Below are positions 1-7,511 of a DNA stretch of 17,097 nucleotides, piece after piece. Made by a program: the position numbers and the translations under genes. The stretch lies in UHGV virus genome UHGV-1592266; one strand, 5' to 3'. How positions within the stretch are numbered: the stretch's first letter is position 1; each line of letters begins with the position of its first letter. The notes beneath the pieces were generated by a model. That model was given only the letters and a program-made list of their open reading frames with translations, had not been told where the DNA came from and ran no database searches. Origin of the DNA: a virus.

Positions 1-723
1 ATCGTCAGTAACTGCCCACCATTTGTTTCTCGACCAATCGTAATACCCTTCGAAGGTATCGCACTCAGTCCAGCCGTAAGACTTACCCCAACACCAAACA
101 TACTGTTTATCGTTCGGCATTCGCTCACTACAGCTTATCCAACCATCCGGAGTTACCGGATAGTTGCCACCCTGAACAGTAGGCATATCCGGACCTTTGC
201 GAATCGCCCTGGCAAGATCGATTTGGTCGTCGTACAACCAGTCACCTGTTTGCGGATTATTTGCTTCTGCCAATTGTGCAGCCCACTCCAGGCCGTCTTT
301 GTGTCCTTGCAGATAGTCCAGCGGTAACTCATCACTATTACTTACAGGTTCGGCCTGAAGCATGGCGGCGCGATAGGCGGTCCAGCCGACAGCTTTTCCG
401 TGTTCAAACGCGCTGTCAAAGTCATCATCAATTTCCATCGCAGCGGGCACAGATACCGGCGCTGGCGGGGCGGTGTAGAGCGGCATTACCTCAATATTGA
501 AGATATCCCCCTCGCTTGGACACGCCTCTGCGCTACCGTAAACCCAAGGGTGAACGACTCCGTTACGCTTGTTGATTAATCTGTGCGCCCACGCCACAGG
601 CTCCGCTTCGAGCGATGCCAGCGCGATACGCGCCAGCGCCGAAGCCTCACCGCATTGAACGTGGTCAGTTTCGATAATTTGCTGTAACTGCTCTTTGGTG
701 AATTCTCTGGTAATAGTGCTCAT
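1..723 (-). CDS. Phage protein, 3' end truncated by window edge; C-terminal region resembles DUF551-type prophage proteins
   Basis: Minus-strand ATG at 723..721 opens a frame (MSTITREFTKEQLQQIIETDH...WISCSERMPNDKQYVWCWGK...) that runs past position 1 with no stop. The Trp/Cys-rich C-terminal segment resembles DUF551 from memory. Same strand as the pL operon. Confidence 0.5.
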   Translation of the reverse strand, partial: MSTITREFTKEQLQQIIETDHVQCGEASALARIALASLEAEPVAWAHRLINKRNGVVHPWVYGSAEACPSEGDIFNIEVMPLYTAPPAPVSVPAAMEIDDDFDSAFEHGKAVGWTAYRAAMLQAEPVSNSDELPLDYLQGHKDGLEWAAQLAEANNPQTGDWLYDDQIDLARAIRKGPDMPTVQGGNYPVTPDGWISCSERMPNDKQYVWCWGKSYGWTECDTFEGYYDWSRNKWWAVTDD

Positions 724-733
724 AGGTTAGTCC

Positions 734-910
734 TCAGTATCCAGAGTACGCGCGGAGTGATGCTATTCTCGCGGTGATATCATTGATGATTTCCTCCACT
801 ACCTCTGCGTGCTCATGTTCATCACGCAAGACATCAAGGGCGCTGTCTATTTCACGGAGCATATCCTGCTGCCATTCAATATCTTCTGATTCCGGGATTT
901 CGTATTTCAT
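734..910 (-). CDS. Small acidic hypothetical protein (58 aa)
   Basis: ATG at 910 is preceded by GGGGAG. The frame (MKYEIPESEDIEWQQDMLREIDSALDVLRDEHEHAEVVEEIINDITARIASLRAYSGY) is tightly packed between neighbouring genes. Below the ORF-track size cutoff. Confidence 0.4.
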   Translation of the reverse strand: MKYEIPESEDIEWQQDMLREIDSALDVLRDEHEHAEVVEEIINDITARIASLRAYSGY

Positions 911-912
911 GC

Positions 913-1257
913 TTACTCCCCTTTACCGGCTGCGGTGACGTTGATGCCAGCGTTATCACAGGCGATGCGGAATGCCGCTTGAAGTTCTCGCGCAACGTGT
1001 GGCACATAGCCGTCGAAGGTTGGCATTTCGACAGTCTTCTTTTCTGCGGCTTCCAGCTCATCCAGCAGCGCCAGCACGGTAGTGGGGTTTGCTGCGGAGT
1101 TCAGCGCGTTCAAGGCAGTGATATCTGCATCAAGCTGAGTTCCTTCTGCCAGTGAGATATCGAAAATGTCATCAGGCGGCATAACACTAAGGCGCTCATG
1201 TGCGCCAACTGCTGCCGCTGCGATTTCACGCAGCGCCTGTTTGTCGATGTTGCTCAT
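913..1257 (-). CDS. Ead/Ea22-like protein (short paralog)
   Basis: N-terminus MSNIDKQALREIAAAA...TTVLALLDELEAAEK parallels the N-terminus of the 355-aa protein at 1523..2590 ([15 protein letters not shown]...PQVVLALLDERDA). Start ATG overlaps the upstream stop (ATGA). Confidence 0.55.
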   Translation of the reverse strand: MSNIDKQALREIAAAAVGAHERLSVMPPDDIFDISLAEGTQLDADITALNALNSAANPTTVLALLDELEAAEKKTVEMPTFDGYVPHVARELQAAFRIACDNAGINVTAAGKGE

Positions 1258-1526
1258 TGGGCGGTTCCTTCGTAACCGATGGCTTCTGCAATTTCAGCAA
1301 GTGTCTCTGCACTTTCACCCACTGGCTCATTCATCCAGTCGAAGGAAACAAGCTTACCGCCTTCGATAACGCCGATGTTGAAATCATCACTACCTTGTGT
1401 TTTCAGACCATGCTTGATTGCCTTATCGCGCTTATCGAAGTCAACGCCGTCTGTCGTGTATTCAACTCCATGGCCTTTCTCGTTGCACCACCAGTACTGC
1501 TGAATAACGATGTATGATTTGCTCAT
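1254..1526 (-). CDS. Hypothetical phage protein (90 aa)
   Basis: Complete ORF whose start overlaps the upstream stop (ATGA) in the leftward operon. No family recognised. Confidence 0.45.
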   Translation of the reverse strand: MSKSYIVIQQYWWCNEKGHGVEYTTDGVDFDKRDKAIKHGLKTQGSDDFNIGVIEGGKLVSFDWMNEPVGESAETLAEIAEAIGYEGTAQ

Positions 1527-2590
1527 AGCGCGGCTCCCTGTCGTAACTGGTCGGCGAGTTCGAATTCACCATGGTTAGTAAATTCGCCTGCAAGTTTTTC
1601 TCTTAGCTTCATAACGGCTTCCTTTGCGCTTTCGATATCCTTATGGTGCCCTGCGCTGTACTTCTTCCCGTTAAATTGAACGCTTGCTACATATCGCTTA
1701 TCGCGCTTATTCCAATAGACCCCCTTGACACCAGTGGTGTTATTTTTCTGGGTTGGTTTGTTGAATTGATTCTGCGATAGAGAGCAAAGGCGCAGGTTTC
1801 TTATGCTGTTGTCTTTCTTGATGCCATTGATATGGTCGATAGGCTGGGAAGGCCATTCTCCGTAATGTAGAAGCCATGCTAGACGGTGAGCAAAGCACTT
1901 CTTGCCAAACAGCGAAAAGGCGTAATAGCCCTGCCAAGTTTGAGAGCCAATAATTGCTCCTTCCTGACGACCTGCAAAGTTGACTTTCGCGGTAAGAACT
2001 CCAGTTTCAGGGTTGTAGTCAATAAGGTCTCTGATATCGCCAACAGACATGAGCAGATTCTTATTAAGGATTTCAATTTCCTTCTGGAGTGGTTCAGATG
2101 CCTCACGCCTAACTTCAGCCAGGAAAGCATCGGTGGCTGGGGTTTTGTTATCTGACTCCAGCCACTGGTTGTAGTAATAATCGAACATGCCAGTAGGATA
2201 ACCACATCCGCCGTGCACGTGGTCTTTCATAGCAGAACCACACATGCAGTAGTCATTGTCAGTATTACTAATGATGTTGATAAGTTGCTGTGTCCGTTGC
2301 TTCAACATCGCATTCTCCGCCGCCAGCGCCGAAAACTTCTCGTGTGCCAACTTAACAGCTGCATCAGCCTGCTTAATTGACTCAGTCGCTTTCTGGTGGT
2401 CTTCGGCCAGCCCTGCTAAATCAGCCTCCAGTTCGGCTAGGCGTTCATTTAATGCATCTCGTTCATCCAGTAGAGCCAGCACAACCTGAGGTGTTACTTT
2501 CATACGAAATGCCAGCAATTTTTGAGGTGTTGCTACTGTTTCAATTGCTACTGCTGCCTCACGCAGTACCTGATAGTCAATCTTGCTCAC
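1523..2590 (-). CDS. Ea22-like N-terminal coiled-coil fused to an HNH endonuclease and an AP2-type DNA-binding domain
   Basis: HNH_3-like motif: FAHRLAWLLHYGEWPSQPIDHINGIKKDNSIRNLRLCSLSQNQFN. It is followed by an AP2-like segment GVKGVYWNKRDKRYVASVQFNGKKYSAGHHKDIESAKEAVMKLREKL. N-terminal 100 aa are Ea22-like coiled coil. Start overlaps the upstream stop. Confidence 0.6.
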   Translation of the reverse strand: MSKIDYQVLREAAVAIETVATPQKLLAFRMKVTPQVVLALLDERDALNERLAELEADLAGLAEDHQKATESIKQADAAVKLAHEKFSALAAENAMLKQRTQQLINIISNTDNDYCMCGSAMKDHVHGGCGYPTGMFDYYYNQWLESDNKTPATDAFLAEVRREASEPLQKEIEILNKNLLMSVGDIRDLIDYNPETGVLTAKVNFAGRQEGAIIGSQTWQGYYAFSLFGKKCFAHRLAWLLHYGEWPSQPIDHINGIKKDNSIRNLRLCSLSQNQFNKPTQKNNTTGVKGVYWNKRDKRYVASVQFNGKKYSAGHHKDIESAKEAVMKLREKLAGEFTNHGEFELADQLRQGAAL

Positions 2591-3168
2591 TGGTTGCCTC
2601 CTTTGCGAAGCTGGTCGGCGATATCTTCGAGAACGCCATCAGAGAATGAGCGGTCAAAATCGCCTTCCGGCGCATTAGCCATAAACTCAGTTGAGGTAAG
2701 AATCATCCGGGCAATATCCGCTGCGTTCTTCGCAGTATCATCAATAAAACCAGCATCCCAGGCAGCCAGCATTCTGTTCGCCACAAAGTAAGCGCCTTCC
2801 TTGCGTGCTTCAGTCTTCACTTCATCCCAAAAAGCGTCGGTGACTTGGGTTTGCGGCATCCTTCCGTCTATTGCGCAGATATACGCATCAGATAGTTCAC
2901 CCTGCTCGCCGTCAAACACGTAGCAACTCTGTACGATAAATTTATTCAGCCACGCATTCTCCACAGCCAGCGCCGCGCACTTGGCCTCAAGGTTATCAAT
3001 CGTGATTCCAGCAGAACGACACTCCCGCAACGCCGTTTCTAGTTTTGATTCAAGTTCACCGAACTTACGGACAAGATATTCAGCGTTTGTTTCGTTAACC
3101 TTTAAATCTCGGGGGATGCATTTACCTTTCAGAAAACCATCCATCTCAATTAGTGACATTTGTTTCAT
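2587..3168 (-). CDS. Hypothetical phage protein (193 aa) sharing motifs with the HNH fusion protein
   Basis: Contains [16 protein letters not shown] and C-terminal DIADQLRKG, which match TDAFLAEVRREA and ELADQLRQG in the 355-aa protein. Start is placed at the ATG at 3168 ([12 protein letters not shown]), preceded by GGAG and overlapping the upstream stop; the ORF-track start at 3186 is a GTG. Confidence 0.5.
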   Translation of the reverse strand: MKQMSLIEMDGFLKGKCIPRDLKVNETNAEYLVRKFGELESKLETALRECRSAGITIDNLEAKCAALAVENAWLNKFIVQSCYVFDGEQGELSDAYICAIDGRMPQTQVTDAFWDEVKTEARKEGAYFVANRMLAAWDAGFIDDTAKNAADIARMILTSTEFMANAPEGDFDRSFSDGVLEDIADQLRKGGNQ

Positions 3169-3347
3169 TTCTTCCCACTCCGCCACATAGCATTCAGATA
3201 TTTGTTTTGATTCACTGATGGAAAAGAATTTCTCTTAAGCAATTCCTCTCTCGATGGCATTGGCTTTACGCGTTGGCGAATAATCATTTCTGCCGGAAGA
3301 ATGCCGGGATTGTATGCAAGTCCTCTCATGGTAAATTCCTCAGTCAT
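3165..3347 (-). CDS. Small hypothetical protein (60 aa)
   Basis: Start placed at the ATG at 3347 ([15 protein letters not shown]...), which overlaps the last codons of the upstream gene. Start choice is uncertain. Confidence 0.35.
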   Translation of the reverse strand: MTEEFTMRGLAYNPGILPAEMIIRQRVKPMPSREELLKRNSFPSVNQNKYLNAMWRSGKK

Positions 3348-3636
3348 TACTGATAGCGCCATAGCGTGAGCGGTAATTACGCAGGCGCGGGTCGATATAT
3401 TCAGGGAATTTGTCTATTGTCGCTTTTCGCAACGGTCTCATTGCTGTTTCGTTTGTTCGGTCCTTCTCATCTTTTAACGCGAGTTGTATATCGCGTCGGT
3501 ACATCCGTTCTGCTTTTGTTTCTGGTGGCAGATCGATAAACGTGTCGAAATTGTTTTTGATATTTTCCAGCACCTCCGCCTTGGAGCTACCGGAACAGCG
3601 GCGCGGGTCATCCGCACCATACATAGGCGCTGGCAT
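3340..3636 (-). CDS. Hypothetical phage protein (98 aa)
   Basis: ATG at 3636 is preceded by AAGGA. Lies downstream of the recombination genes, where P22-type phages carry abc anti-RecBCD genes (position only; no sequence match claimed). Confidence 0.45.
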   Translation of the reverse strand: MPAPMYGADDPRRCSGSSKAEVLENIKNNFDTFIDLPPETKAERMYRRDIQLALKDEKDRTNETAMRPLRKATIDKFPEYIDPRLRNYRSRYGAISND

Positions 3637-3659
3637 AATGGAATCCTTATGTTGCTACT

Positions 3660-4043
3660 TTAGAAGGGAATTGAATCGTCGTATTCAGGATGATTTTGAT
3701 GATTGCTACTTTGCTGCTGTTGGCTGTTTCCTGAGGTTGCAAATCCAATCTTTGCATTCAGTAATTCAAGAGTGATTGATTGACCATTTTGCCCCTGATA
3801 AACATCAACCCTGATGTTTTCTCCGGTAATTTCCACAATGCCACCTTCAACAAGAACACTACGGTAGTAATCCGCTTGCGCTCCCGGCTTGGCAAATACA
3901 ACGGCGCTGTAGTTTGTCCATTCTTTCTTTTTTGTCTGGCGATCGTAATACTGAACGCCAGCACGGATGTTGAATCCGATATTTTCCCCGGCCTGAAACT
4001 CTCTTGCGGGCTTGTTTAGTCTTACAGTAATCGAATGTGCCAT
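3660..4043 (-). CDS. Phage single-strand DNA-binding-like protein with acidic SSB-type C-terminal tail
   Basis: Start placed at MAHSITVRLNKPAREFQ... The C-terminus ...PEYDDSIPF resembles the SSB-Ct DDDIPF tail, preceded by a Gln/Ser-rich linker. Start ATG overlaps the erf stop (TAATG). Confidence 0.55.
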   Translation of the reverse strand: MAHSITVRLNKPAREFQAGENIGFNIRAGVQYYDRQTKKKEWTNYSAVVFAKPGAQADYYRSVLVEGGIVEITGENIRVDVYQGQNGQSITLELLNAKIGFATSGNSQQQQSSNHQNHPEYDDSIPF

Positions 4044-4648
4044 TAAGCAGCCGCTCCTTCTAATTCGTCTCGTCTGATGTTGTAAACGTCCTGCGCTTTG
4101 TGCTGCTCCGGTGTTCCTTCGAGCATCTTCCACGCTTTGGCGAACGCCTGTTTAAGCTCTTCCACGGTGTTTTTCTGCATTGCTGCGTCAGTGAATGCTT
4201 TTAGAACCTGTTCAGGTGTAGGTGATGGTTTTGATTGCTTTGCTACTGCGTTCTGCTGATGTTTATGCTCGTCTGTATCTGCATCTTTCGCATCATCAAT
4301 GCCGAACAAACCATTGAGGCAATACTTGCGTGCATAAGAGCTTGTAGCTCCCGTAACTTGTGCAGAATCCATCCCTTTCTTGCTTTCTTCCTCTCGTGCA
4401 AGAGCGGTTGCCGTATGACTGTTTTCGCCATCGGTAATAGTTGCCGTGGCTTTCACGTAATACCGATCACCAATCAACACAACTTCATCGCTGATTGATA
4501 AAAACAGGCCATTCAGTAACGGCTTAACGCCTTCAAGAATGTCTTCGCAGCTTCTGTATTTATATTTTCCGAATGAGTTGTACTGATTCTTTGGCGCGTT
4601 CAGATTCTCCTGAATAGCTGCCAGTCTTGCGTAAAATTCTTTGCTCAT
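4043..4648 (-). CDS. erf: Erf-family single-strand annealing recombinase (P22 Erf-like)
   Basis: MSKEFYARLAAIQENLNAPKNQYNSFGKYKYRSCEDILEGVKPLL...GATSSYARKYCLNGLFGIDDAKDAD matches recalled P22 Erf closely. The ORF-track start at 4678 is a TTG; the ATG at 4648 corresponds to the Erf N-terminus. Confidence 0.85.
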   Translation of the reverse strand: MSKEFYARLAAIQENLNAPKNQYNSFGKYKYRSCEDILEGVKPLLNGLFLSISDEVVLIGDRYYVKATATITDGENSHTATALAREEESKKGMDSAQVTGATSSYARKYCLNGLFGIDDAKDADTDEHKHQQNAVAKQSKPSPTPEQVLKAFTDAAMQKNTVEELKQAFAKAWKMLEGTPEQHKAQDVYNIRRDELEGAAA

Positions 4649-4658
4649 ATGATTGTTC

Positions 4659-4829
4659 TCAGAATGGACATTCCCCAAGGAAATAACGCTGATTTAATAC
4701 TTCGACTCGGGACAAATTAAGGCATACCCGCATTCCTTCGCGGTCGCCATTATGGCGATACCAGAGAGCTTTCTGCGTGTACATGCGTCTCTGTAACTTG
4801 CTCTCCTTCACTGTGGTTGCAAGTGACAT
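4659..4829 (-). CDS. Small protein immediately upstream of erf (Arf-like position, 56 aa)
   Basis: ATG at 4829 is preceded by a strong SD (GAAGGAGAT). Frame MSLATTVKESKLQRRMYTQKALWYRHNGDREGMRVCLNLSRVEVLNQRYFLGECPF ends 11 nt before the erf start. Confidence 0.4.
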   Translation of the reverse strand: MSLATTVKESKLQRRMYTQKALWYRHNGDREGMRVCLNLSRVEVLNQRYFLGECPF

Positions 4830-4908
4830 GAATATCTCCTTCGTTACCGATTAATTCTTTCATCTGACGAATGAATTCTTCGTCTGACCAGTTATCTGTA
4901 AAACTCAT
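4750..4908 (-). CDS. Small acidic hypothetical protein (52 aa)
   Basis: ATG overlaps the Kil-like stop (ATGA). Frame MSFTDNWSDEEFIRQMKELIGNEGDIHVTC... Its 3' part overlaps the next ORF in another frame, so one of the two may not be a real gene. Confidence 0.3.
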   Translation of the reverse strand: MSFTDNWSDEEFIRQMKELIGNEGDIHVTCNHSEGEQVTETHVHAESSLVSP

Positions 4909-5057
4909 TTCCTGCGATACCACGGAAGGTTGATAGCTGATTTCATCGCTTTATTTGCTTCAAGCCACATTTTTGAATCACCAATAAATCTGGCTATTAC
5001 TGCTTTGTTCTGTGCAGCACGAAGCATCTGGTGATTGATGGCTATTTCATTGCGCAT
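4905..5057 (-). CDS. kil: Kil-like host-killing / FtsZ-inhibitor peptide (50 aa)
   Basis: Lies immediately downstream of cIII, overlapping it as kil does in lambda. The motif KAVIARFIGDSKMWLEA resembles my recollection of lambda Kil (..IATFIGDEKMF..). Identification is from memory only. Confidence 0.4.
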   Translation of the reverse strand: MRNEIAINHQMLRAAQNKAVIARFIGDSKMWLEANKAMKSAINLPWYRRK

Positions 5058-5173
5058 AATAAGACCTCAACTCTTTTCCATCCGTCACGTAATTTACGGG
5101 TGATTCGTTCAAGTAAAGATTCATTTAATTGGAAGGCACCCATGCGAGCGCCTCCCGCGATTGCGTAAATCAT
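5042..5173 (-). CDS. cIII: cIII-like protein (inhibitor of FtsH-mediated cII degradation)
   Basis: MIYAIAGGARMGAFQLNESLLERITRKLRDGWKRVEV... contains the lambda cIII core ESLLERITRKLRDGWKR. ATG is preceded by AAGGA. Confidence 0.75.
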   Translation of the reverse strand: MIYAIAGGARMGAFQLNESLLERITRKLRDGWKRVEVLLCAMK

Positions 5174-5197
5174 GGGTGGTTCCTTATGTTGGTTTTA

Positions 5198-6166
5198 TTA
5201 GTAGGTTATTTTTGTTGCGAATACTTCGCCTTTTACGATGGCTGTTATGATATTTTTAGCAACATCTTCTGATGCACCAACCTTGATAAGGTCAGCAAGT
5301 ATTTTGTTATTTACTTCTTTCCGGTGAGCTTTATCCTTTGCTCTACGCTCTTCTTCGTCCTTGATTCTTTTTTCTTCTGCTATTCTGGCTTGCTCTTTTG
5401 CTTCAGCCTCGCGCCGGATTCGTTCAGCCTCCTCCTGTGCTTTTCGGCGTTCTGCTTCAATTGCCGCCTGCTTTTCTCTTTCAGCTCGTTCTGCTGCCTC
5501 TTTTGCTTCGCGCTGTGCTCGTTGCTCGGCTTCAATGCGTTCACGCTCTGCACGTTCCGCTGCGGCCTTAGCTTCTGCTTCTCGCCTTGCTGCTGCTTCA
5601 ATTTCGGCTTTTGCCTTTGCTTCGGCTTCTGCTCTGGCTTTCTCTTCAGCTTCTCTTTTTAAGCGTTCTTCATGCTCTCGCTTTTCCTGCTCCGCTTTGA
5701 GTCTTGCCTCTTCTCTTTGGCGGTCAAATTCGCGATCCATCAAAATAGCTATTTCATGGTCAGACTCAATTTGCTTTGCGAGAGCTTCAGCTGCTGCCTT
5801 AGCTTCTTCTTCGGCTTTAATCCGCGCCTGTTCTTCCTCATAATCAGTAAGAGGCTGGCGCGCCTTGGCTTTCAGCTCATCAAGGCGATCACGCACTGTC
5901 TTGCGGTTGGCATCAATTAGCTTTGGAATTTCCTTCAGTTCAGCAACAAGGTCTTTGCCAAGACCATCGAGATATGTTTTCGTCTGCGCAACTTTATACG
6001 CCAGAGAAGCGATCTCCTTTCTGCCCTTTGCCGTTGTGATATCAGGCACAAAGGACATAACTTCACGTTCAACCTTTTGAAGGATTTCTTCAATCTGGTC
6101 GGCAGACTGAAATACAGTCATTGCATTTGCTTTTTCAATAACAACTAAATCTGTTACTTCACTCAT
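5198..6166 (-). CDS. Coiled-coil phage protein with a long Ala/Glu/Arg/Lys-rich central region (322 aa)
   Basis: Start placed at MSEVTDLVVIEK..., preceded by GGAGG. The central ~150 aa are low-complexity (AEAKAKAEIEAAARREAEAKAAAERAERERIEAEQRAQREAKE). Family not recognised with confidence. Confidence 0.6.
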   Translation of the reverse strand: MSEVTDLVVIEKANAMTVFQSADQIEEILQKVEREVMSFVPDITTAKGRKEIASLAYKVAQTKTYLDGLGKDLVAELKEIPKLIDANRKTVRDRLDELKAKARQPLTDYEEEQARIKAEEEAKAAAEALAKQIESDHEIAILMDREFDRQREEARLKAEQEKREHEERLKREAEEKARAEAEAKAKAEIEAAARREAEAKAAAERAERERIEAEQRAQREAKEAAERAEREKQAAIEAERRKAQEEAERIRREAEAKEQARIAEEKRIKDEEERRAKDKAHRKEVNNKILADLIKVGASEDVAKNIITAIVKGEVFATKITY

Positions 6167-6178
6167 ATATCCTCCGTC

Positions 6179-6207
6179 AAAAAAATTGCCCTCACACTGG
6201 AGGGCAA
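6179..6207 (-). terminator. Intrinsic terminator on the minus strand, directly upstream of the coiled-coil gene RBS
   Basis: Read on the minus strand: TTGCCCTC-CAGTGT-GAGGGCAA hairpin followed by TTTTTTT. Confidence 0.6.
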
Positions 6208-6298
6208 AGAAGATTTCCAATAATCAGAACAAGTCGGCTCCTGTTTAGTTACGAGCGACATTGCTCACATAGCAGACTCGCAAATCTGCTATAGGTGC

Positions 6299-6460
6299 TT
6301 ATTCGCATCGCATGACAACATCAAATTTTTCGAGATTACTTTGTCGCAACAATCCCTCTTCTACGCGGTCAGCTTTTCTATAATTATCAAATTCGAAATG
6401 TTTAATTACTTCTTTCGTTTCTCGCTCTATAACTTCAACAATGTATTTCTTATTCATCAT
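6299..6460 (-). CDS. Small hypothetical protein (53 aa), second gene of cassette 2
   Basis: Start placed at MMNKKYIVEVIERETKEVIKHFEF...; its ATG overlaps the stop of the upstream 92-aa gene (ATGATGA). Confidence 0.45.
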   Translation of the reverse strand: MMNKKYIVEVIERETKEVIKHFEFDNYRKADRVEEGLLRQSNLEKFDVVMRCE

Positions 6461-6735
6461 TCTTCCCCCAGGGCCTTGCTGATGGCTGCCTTGGCTCGTT
6501 TGTATTCGGTTAACTCTCTGCACCCTTCGTCATGCTCGTAAAGGAAGACAAGCTCTTGCAGTGCTTCAAGCAAATCAGGAGCTGCTGCTATCAGTAGCGC
6601 ATCCTCCCTTTCATTTCTTGTTGCTGCTTCAATGTATGTGTCACCAATCGTCACACCATGGAACGTAGTCATCATCTCGTTGACGTTTCTAACCGTGTAC
6701 TTCCATTTACCAGGCGTACCCTTAAACTCTTTCAT
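6457..6735 (-). CDS. Small protein with conserved AAPDLLEALQ...AISKALGEE C-terminal module (paralog B)
   Basis: Start placed at the ATG at 6735 (MKEFKGTPGKWKYTV...), preceded by ACAGAGGTG. The C-terminal half (AAPDLLEALQELV...AKAAISKALGEE) parallels the 83-aa protein at 7256..7507. Confidence 0.55.
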   Translation of the reverse strand: MKEFKGTPGKWKYTVRNVNEMMTTFHGVTIGDTYIEAATRNEREDALLIAAAPDLLEALQELVFLYEHDEGCRELTEYKRAKAAISKALGEE

Positions 6736-6738
6736 ATC

Positions 6739-6783
6739 CACCTCTGTTGTTTATGCCAAAAATAAAGGCCGACTATGCGGCCT
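6739..6783 (-). repeat. About 45-bp direct repeat, copy 1: terminator hairpin plus conserved ACAGAGGTG leader
   Basis: Plus-strand cacctctgttgtttatgccaaaaataaaggccgactatgcggcct is near-identical to the copy at 7512..7557. On the minus strand it reads as hairpin GGCCGCATAGTCGGCC followed by TTTATTTTT. Confidence 0.7.
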
Positions 6784-7252
6784 AGTAGAATACCCAATTT
6801 TCTGTTTCTTGGTTGTGTCCAAAGTTATATTCAATATCTGGTGTTGATGTATCAATATTCTTCATCCCATCAACAAGAGTTGATACAACAGCCAAATCTT
6901 GTTTGATTCTCATCAAATGGTATTTCTTCCGGCGCAATAAACTTTCAATGGCAAGTTTCTTCGTCGGGAACGCAAAAGATCTTTCTGCATTTTTTGCTAC
7001 TTTCTTAATTGCATATCTATTTCTCCTTTGTTTCCATTCCTGTAACCACTGATTTGGTGCTGGTTTAAAATTAACAATCCAATGCGCAGGAACCAACCAT
7101 GCATAATGCTCTGTCTGATGAAAAGCTATATATTGAAGTGCGAATATTTTGATTCCATCTTCTTCAACTGTCGCTTGGAATCTCCAGAAAACAGGCATTC
7201 CATCATGTTCAGTTTCTGATTCAGGAAAAGGTACGCTCCATGATTTTGTCAT
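6782..7252 (-). CDS. Hypothetical protein (156 aa), second gene of cassette 1
   Basis: ATG lies 3 nt after the stop of the 83-aa gene. The coding sequence is AT-rich. No family recognised. Confidence 0.55.
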   Translation of the reverse strand: MTKSWSVPFPESETEHDGMPVFWRFQATVEEDGIKIFALQYIAFHQTEHYAWLVPAHWIVNFKPAPNQWLQEWKQRRNRYAIKKVAKNAERSFAFPTKKLAIESLLRRKKYHLMRIKQDLAVVSTLVDGMKNIDTSTPDIEYNFGHNQETENWVFY

Positions 7253-7255
7253 ATA

Positions 7256-7507
7256 TTACTCATCTCCAAGGGCTTTGCTGATTGCTGACTGTGCTTTCGA
7301 TACTTCATCAGGATAATGGTCATTCCAGTTTTGCTTGTATGCCTTGTTTAGCATCGCTTGCAGGGCTTCGAGCAAATCAGGAGCTGCCTCCATCAATCTC
7401 ACATCACCTCGATGGATGGTTGTATCGTCAAACGTGAAATAAACCCCATCATCGTTAAATCCAGCGCCAACAACATTCCATGGCCTTTTCATTCTTCCTA
7501 CTGTCAT
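7256..7507 (-). CDS. Small protein with conserved AAPDLLEALQ...AISKALGDE C-terminal module (paralog A)
   Basis: MTVGRMKRPWNVV...EAAPDLLEALQAMLNKAYK...AQSAISKALGDE. ATG at 7507 is preceded by ACAGAGGTG. Confidence 0.55.
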   Translation of the reverse strand: MTVGRMKRPWNVVGAGFNDDGVYFTFDDTTIHRGDVRLMEAAPDLLEALQAMLNKAYKQNWNDHYPDEVSKAQSAISKALGDE

Positions 7508-7511
7508 TATT

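Noticed and set aside
153-500. Short ORFs 153..335 (minus) and 261..500 (plus) from the ORF track
   Set aside because: Both lie inside, or antisense to, the long partial minus-strand gene (1..723) and have no independent start signals.
5324-6080. Several long plus-strand ORFs (112, 160, 82 and 71 aa) and a 73-aa minus-strand ORF inside the coiled-coil gene
   Set aside because: They are antisense or out-of-frame readings of the low-complexity GCx/GAx repeat DNA, giving Ser/Ala/Phe/Cys-rich nonsense peptides. The sense-strand protein has a proper RBS and ordered termini.
6230-6298. Palindrome tagcaga-N8-tctgcta (6270..6291) downstream of the 53-aa gene
   Set aside because: No T-run follows on either strand, so it is not a convincing intrinsic terminator. 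It could be a protein-binding site but there is nothing further to support that.
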